From the IMG/VR virus record IMGVR_UViG_3300048896_000180, positions 1 to 37,767 of that record: DNA of 37,767 nucleotides; one strand, written 5' to 3'. Shown one piece after another: positions 34,176-37,767 of the stretch. The translations under genes and the position numbers were made by a program. The stretch is from a virus. Lineage: Duplodnaviria; Caudoviricetes. Numbering within the stretch: the stretch's first letter is position 1; every line of letters begins with the position of its first letter. The notes beneath the pieces were generated by a model that did no database searches, was not told the origin of the DNA, and saw only the letters and a program-made list of their open reading frames with translations.

Positions 34176-36617
34176 ATGCCTTCAACCAGCTATCAAAACC
34201 TCTACGAGGGTCTCCTAACGCTCGATCCCATCACCGGCGAAGTGCCAGAGAGCCGGATGGAGAACGCTTGGCAGGTGAGGGACATGGTCACGCGAGCGAT
34301 CCGGTATGACATGACGACACGCGATTGGAAGCGCGCGCGGATCAAGGGCTTGGTCGACGGCAACCCGCCTTACAGCCACGAGAAGCTTGTTGCTGCCGGG
34401 CGTGGTGATGAGTGCAACGTCAACTGGCGGATGTCGAAGTACTTCCTGGGCCAAGCCAAGGACATGCTTTATGACGTCATTTCAGAGGCTCAGACGTTCG
34501 CGACCGTGGTCCTGGATGAGGCCAAGATCCTGGAAGAGATCCGGGGTGATGATCCATATACCTCGGCGTCGCCTGAGCAAGTATCTGAGTGGGGCCGCAC
34601 TACCACCGAGGAGTTCGACCGGCTGCAGCGCGGAGATCCTGACTGGGATTCCACCGTCCAGCAAAGCCAGGGGCAGTGTGTTCTCTACGGCTGCGGGCCG
34701 ATGATCTTCGAGGATAGTTTGGACTGGCGTCCGTGGTCATTCGAGGCCCGGGCCCTGCTCGTTCCTGAGTGGGCTAAGAGCAATACCAACCGCTGGGAAT
34801 GGGCGGCGCTCATTGTCGAATACTCCCCCGATAAGCTTTTCCAGCACATCATGAATCCTGAGATCGCGCGCAAAAGCGGCTGGGATGTTCCCGCCACCCG
34901 TCAAGCGATCATGGGCGCGCACCCGCTCACCCGCACGGGAGTCATGTATCAGAATTGGAGCTGGCATCAGGACTTGCTCAAGAACGGGACCCTTTTCTAC
35001 ACCGACCAGTCGAAGGTCATCCGCGCCGCCCACTTCTACTTTCGCGAATTCCCCGAAGGGAACGAGGAGAGCGGCCGGATTACGGAGTGCATCGTTGACC
35101 TGGACGGACTCGAGTCCAAAGGCACAGGCGAGAGCGGCTCGATCCCGTTCCTGTTCCGCAAGGTCCGCAAATATGAATCCTGGAGCCAAGTCATGCACCC
35201 GATGTACTGGGGGCACGACGTCAACGGGTATCACCATTCAGTGACCGGCTTGGGTGTTGAGATGTTCTCCCCGCTGGAATACATGAACCGGCTTTTCTGC
35301 CGCAACGCTGACGACGCCATGGCCCCTAAGCTCCACTTCCGGCCAACGACGGCCAGTGAGCGCGAGCGCATGTCGATCGCCCAGGTAGGGCGCTATGCCA
35401 TCATCCCGTCCGGCCTGGAGATGATTCAGCAGCACATGCAGCCGTTCTTGCAGGACGGCATCGCGATGAGTCGCGAGGTGCAGCAGCTGGTCTCCTCCAA
35501 CCTCTCCCAGTTCCGCAGCGGGGCAGCGCAGAAGCAAGGCGGCAATCCTGTCACCGCGCGCCAGATCGATTACGAGGCCAGCGAGCAGGCCAAGATGGGC
35601 AAGACACAGCTCAACCGAATCTACGAGCAATACGATTGGGTTTACGCTGAGAAGTATCGGCGCGCCACCAACCCAAACCTGACTGCGGCAGTGCGCGGCG
35701 GGAAGGAAGCGCTCGATTTCCGGGATCGCTGCAAGCGGCGCGGGGTCCCACTGAAATGCTTGAGCGCGATCCAGTCGGTCAAGGCAACGCGAGTCGTAGG
35801 CCAGGGCTCTTCCTTCCTGCGCCAGCAAGCGCTCGAGTTCCTCCTGGGGCTGGTCCCGATGCTCCCTGAGTCCGGCCGCACCAACCTGATCAAGCAGGTG
35901 ATCGCTTCTCGAGCCGGCCAGACCAAGGTCGCTGAGTTCTTCCCCGACCCAACCGAAGACGTTTCCGCTGCGGCTCAGCAGGCCGAGGCAACGCTGCAGG
36001 TCGCCGCCATGAAGATCGGAATTCCTCCGGTCCCAGTCCCGACGCAGAACCCGCTGATCTTTGCGGGAGTGTTCCTGCAGGCGGGCGAGTCGGCTGCTCA
36101 ATCGGTCCAGCAAGGCGGCGATCCCGCCGAGGCGGCAGCTTTCCTGGACATCATCATTCCCGCAGTGGCGCACCACCTTTCCCGCATGGAGCAGGACAAG
36201 ACGCGCGCCGACGCCGTCAAAGAGATGGGCGCGAAGCTGAAAGAGCTGGGCGCAGCCTCAGACAGCATCAAGGAACACCTCGCCCAGCAGCAGCAAGAGC
36301 AGCAGGCCCAGCAGGCCCAGCTGGCGCAGATGGCTGGCGGGATGGATGGCGAGACGCAGGTTGGCATGGCTAAGGTCGCCGCCAAGCACCAGGTAGATAT
36401 GTCCAAGCTTCAAGGCGGCATGGTCCTCAAAGCCCACAAGCAGGACGTGGATCTCGCCATGGCCCAGCACCGCCAGGCGGTCGATACCGCCATGGCCGCG
36501 CAACGCCACCGCGCCACCATTCTTCTGGACGACGCCAGCACTGCCGCCGACATCACCCGCAAGAACGCTGAGGCGAAAGCCAAGGCTGCCCGCCCCGCCG
36601 CCAACGGAAAGAAATAA
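34176..36617 (+). CDS. Probable portal protein
   Basis: 813 aa; VDGNPPY, NVNW and PVTARQI (TAxE-like) motifs; long Gln-rich coiled-coil C-terminus like P22-type portals. Confidence 0.7.
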   Translation: MPSTSYQNLYEGLLTLDPITGEVPESRMENAWQVRDMVTRAIRYDMTTRDWKRARIKGLVDGNPPYSHEKLVAAGRGDECNVNWRMSKYFLGQAKDMLYDVISEAQTFATVVLDEAKILEEIRGDDPYTSASPEQVSEWGRTTTEEFDRLQRGDPDWDSTVQQSQGQCVLYGCGPMIFEDSLDWRPWSFEARALLVPEWAKSNTNRWEWAALIVEYSPDKLFQHIMNPEIARKSGWDVPATRQAIMGAHPLTRTGVMYQNWSWHQDLLKNGTLFYTDQSKVIRAAHFYFREFPEGNEESGRITECIVDLDGLESKGTGESGSIPFLFRKVRKYESWSQVMHPMYWGHDVNGYHHSVTGLGVEMFSPLEYMNRLFCRNADDAMAPKLHFRPTTASERERMSIAQVGRYAIIPSGLEMIQQHMQPFLQDGIAMSREVQQLVSSNLSQFRSGAAQKQGGNPVTARQIDYEASEQAKMGKTQLNRIYEQYDWVYAEKYRRATNPNLTAAVRGGKEALDFRDRCKRRGVPLKCLSAIQSVKATRVVGQGSSFLRQQALEFLLGLVPMLPESGRTNLIKQVIASRAGQTKVAEFFPDPTEDVSAAAQQAEATLQVAAMKIGIPPVPVPTQNPLIFAGVFLQAGESAAQSVQQGGDPAEAAAFLDIIIPAVAHHLSRMEQDKTRADAVKEMGAKLKELGAASDSIKEHLAQQQQEQQAQQAQLAQMAGGMDGETQVGMAKVAAKHQVDMSKLQGGMVLKAHKQDVDLAMAQHRQAVDTAMAAQRHRATILLDDASTAADITRKNAEAKAKAARPAANGKK

Positions 36618-37024
36618 TGGAAGCAACCGAAAAGGTCTGGTCTGACATACCCGAGAACGTCCTCAACACGCTGACTCAGCAATGGCTAGGGTCCTTTGAG
36701 GTAGCCGCGCGCGCTGAAAATCGCGCGGGCATCATGCAGTTATTCACGCCGCACTCGCTGATTTGCGGGTCGCAGAAGGGCGGTCCGCTGGATCGGGTCA
36801 TGTCCAAGAGCTTCGCCTGGAAACGGAAGGCGTCCAAGATGGCGATCTATCCTCCTTACGTCGTCTCGATCCTTGGCTGGGAGGCCCCGTCTGAGGTTGT
36901 GGGCGGGCCAACCTACAGAGGGGATGCCACGCTATTCCTGATGGCTCAGCGCTTCGCCCAGCCTGACGGCAAGCCCCCGATTCAAATGTTCGTCTGCATG
37001 CACGCCCATCTTTCGCTCTCGTGA
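36617..37024 (+). CDS. NTF2/SnoaL-like fold protein
   Basis: N-terminal helix (WLGSF...IMQLF) and terminal strand with HAHLS; TAATG coupling. Confidence 0.45.
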   Translation: MEATEKVWSDIPENVLNTLTQQWLGSFEVAARAENRAGIMQLFTPHSLICGSQKGGPLDRVMSKSFAWKRKASKMAIYPPYVVSILGWEAPSEVVGGPTYRGDATLFLMAQRFAQPDGKPPIQMFVCMHAHLSLS

Positions 37025-37767
37025 TTCACAACAAGCTAGACACGCGCACGCCATCGATCCTCGAGCAGACGCCCTGGCAGGCTGGCTTCTACAAGTTCCC
37101 GAAGCGTTACAAGGTTGAGTACTTCAATCCTGGGCTAGTCGACTGGCAGAATAGGCGCTGGCTGGTCACCCGCCGCCGCCGGTGCGCGTTTACTCCCGCC
37201 AAGAACGACATCACCTTCTGGCGGCTAAACGAGCGCAATGAGGTCGTGACCGAGCTCCCGCTCAAAGTGCCATCCACCCGCCAGGATGAGCATTGGGAAG
37301 ATCCGCGCGCGATGAACATTGGCGGGCAGCTTTGGGTGTCCTACTCCAACTTTTTCACCCGTGGATTCTGGGTCCATCAGGGCCTGACACGAGTTAACAA
37401 CTTGCTGCAGGCGTCCGGCATCTGCCACCCGATCTTTGGCAGCAACGGCAAAACCATTCGCGAGAACACCGGGCATGAAAAGAATTGGCTCTGGTTCGTT
37501 GGGCAGGACGGGCTGTTTTACATGGTTTACGATGCTTGCCCGCACATTGTTGTCCGGTTTGAGGGCAATCAGATCCGCGCCTTCACTGGCAAAGGCTTTC
37601 GCTGGAGCAAGGGCAAGGTCCGAGGCGGGACGCCGCCGGTCTTCGTTAAAGCCGACAACCTTTATTGGACGTTCTTTCACAGCTCAATCGATCTTGGGCC
37701 AACGCCACCGAGGCGGCTTTACTTCATGGGGGCCTATGCGTTTGAGCCTGAGCCTCCTTTCGCCATG
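37021..37767 (+). CDS. GH130-like beta-propeller glycosidase/phosphorylase, 3'-truncated by the window
   Basis: Open from GTG 37021 to the edge (absent from the ORF track): YFNPG, WEDPR, EKNW, RGGTPP and FFHS motifs. Confidence 0.7.
   Translation, partial: MIHNKLDTRTPSILEQTPWQAGFYKFPKRYKVEYFNPGLVDWQNRRWLVTRRRRCAFTPAKNDITFWRLNERNEVVTELPLKVPSTRQDEHWEDPRAMNIGGQLWVSYSNFFTRGFWVHQGLTRVNNLLQASGICHPIFGSNGKTIRENTGHEKNWLWFVGQDGLFYMVYDACPHIVVRFEGNQIRAFTGKGFRWSKGKVRGGTPPVFVKADNLYWTFFHSSIDLGPTPPRRLYFMGAYAFEPEPPFAM

Larger units (their letters stand above)
1..37767. mobile_element. Temperate tailed phage / prophage genome segment (podovirus-like virion genes)
   Basis: Terminase large subunit, portal-like protein, tail tubular/fibre-like genes, LPD38 protein, tyrosine integrase, XRE regulator and many small overlapping ORFs; no host housekeeping genes seen. 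Confidence 0.95.

Noticed and set aside
15347-37680. Numerous antisense and alternate-frame ORFs within terL, the giant protein, tail and portal genes (e.g. 18594-19364+, 35238-36176-, 37225-37680-)
   Set aside because: Shadow ORFs typical of high-GC coding DNA, fully overlapping better-supported genes.

Overview
The window is part of a GC-rich temperate tailed-phage genome with a podovirus-like virion module. The host is probably PVC/Verrucomicrobiota-like; this is inferred only from a PEP-CTERM gene, the style of the integrase and apparently short or leaderless 5' ends. Left to right it carries: small early genes and a JAB/RadC-family gene; a candidate attP beside a tyrosine integrase; five tandem, translationally coupled paralogous small genes sharing a CxxDxxF-x7-F motif; a stand-alone Cas7/Csm3-like RAMP gene (7325-7999) followed directly by a ~600-nt array; an XRE regulator; a cluster of secreted/membrane genes; the terminase large subunit; a minus-strand tail/ejection operon ending in a ~2080-aa LPD38-type protein; and a divergent portal operon. 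The array is built from 5-nt N-GC-NN steps, grouped into 21 GGC-initiated units of 5n+1 nt, and closed by a hairpin. This RAMP + pentamer-array locus is the most interesting element: it looks like a phage-encoded, non-CRISPR RNA-guided system. I saw no tRNA, rRNA, canonical CRISPR array or other cas gene. All protein calls come from motif recognition by eye; no searches were run.
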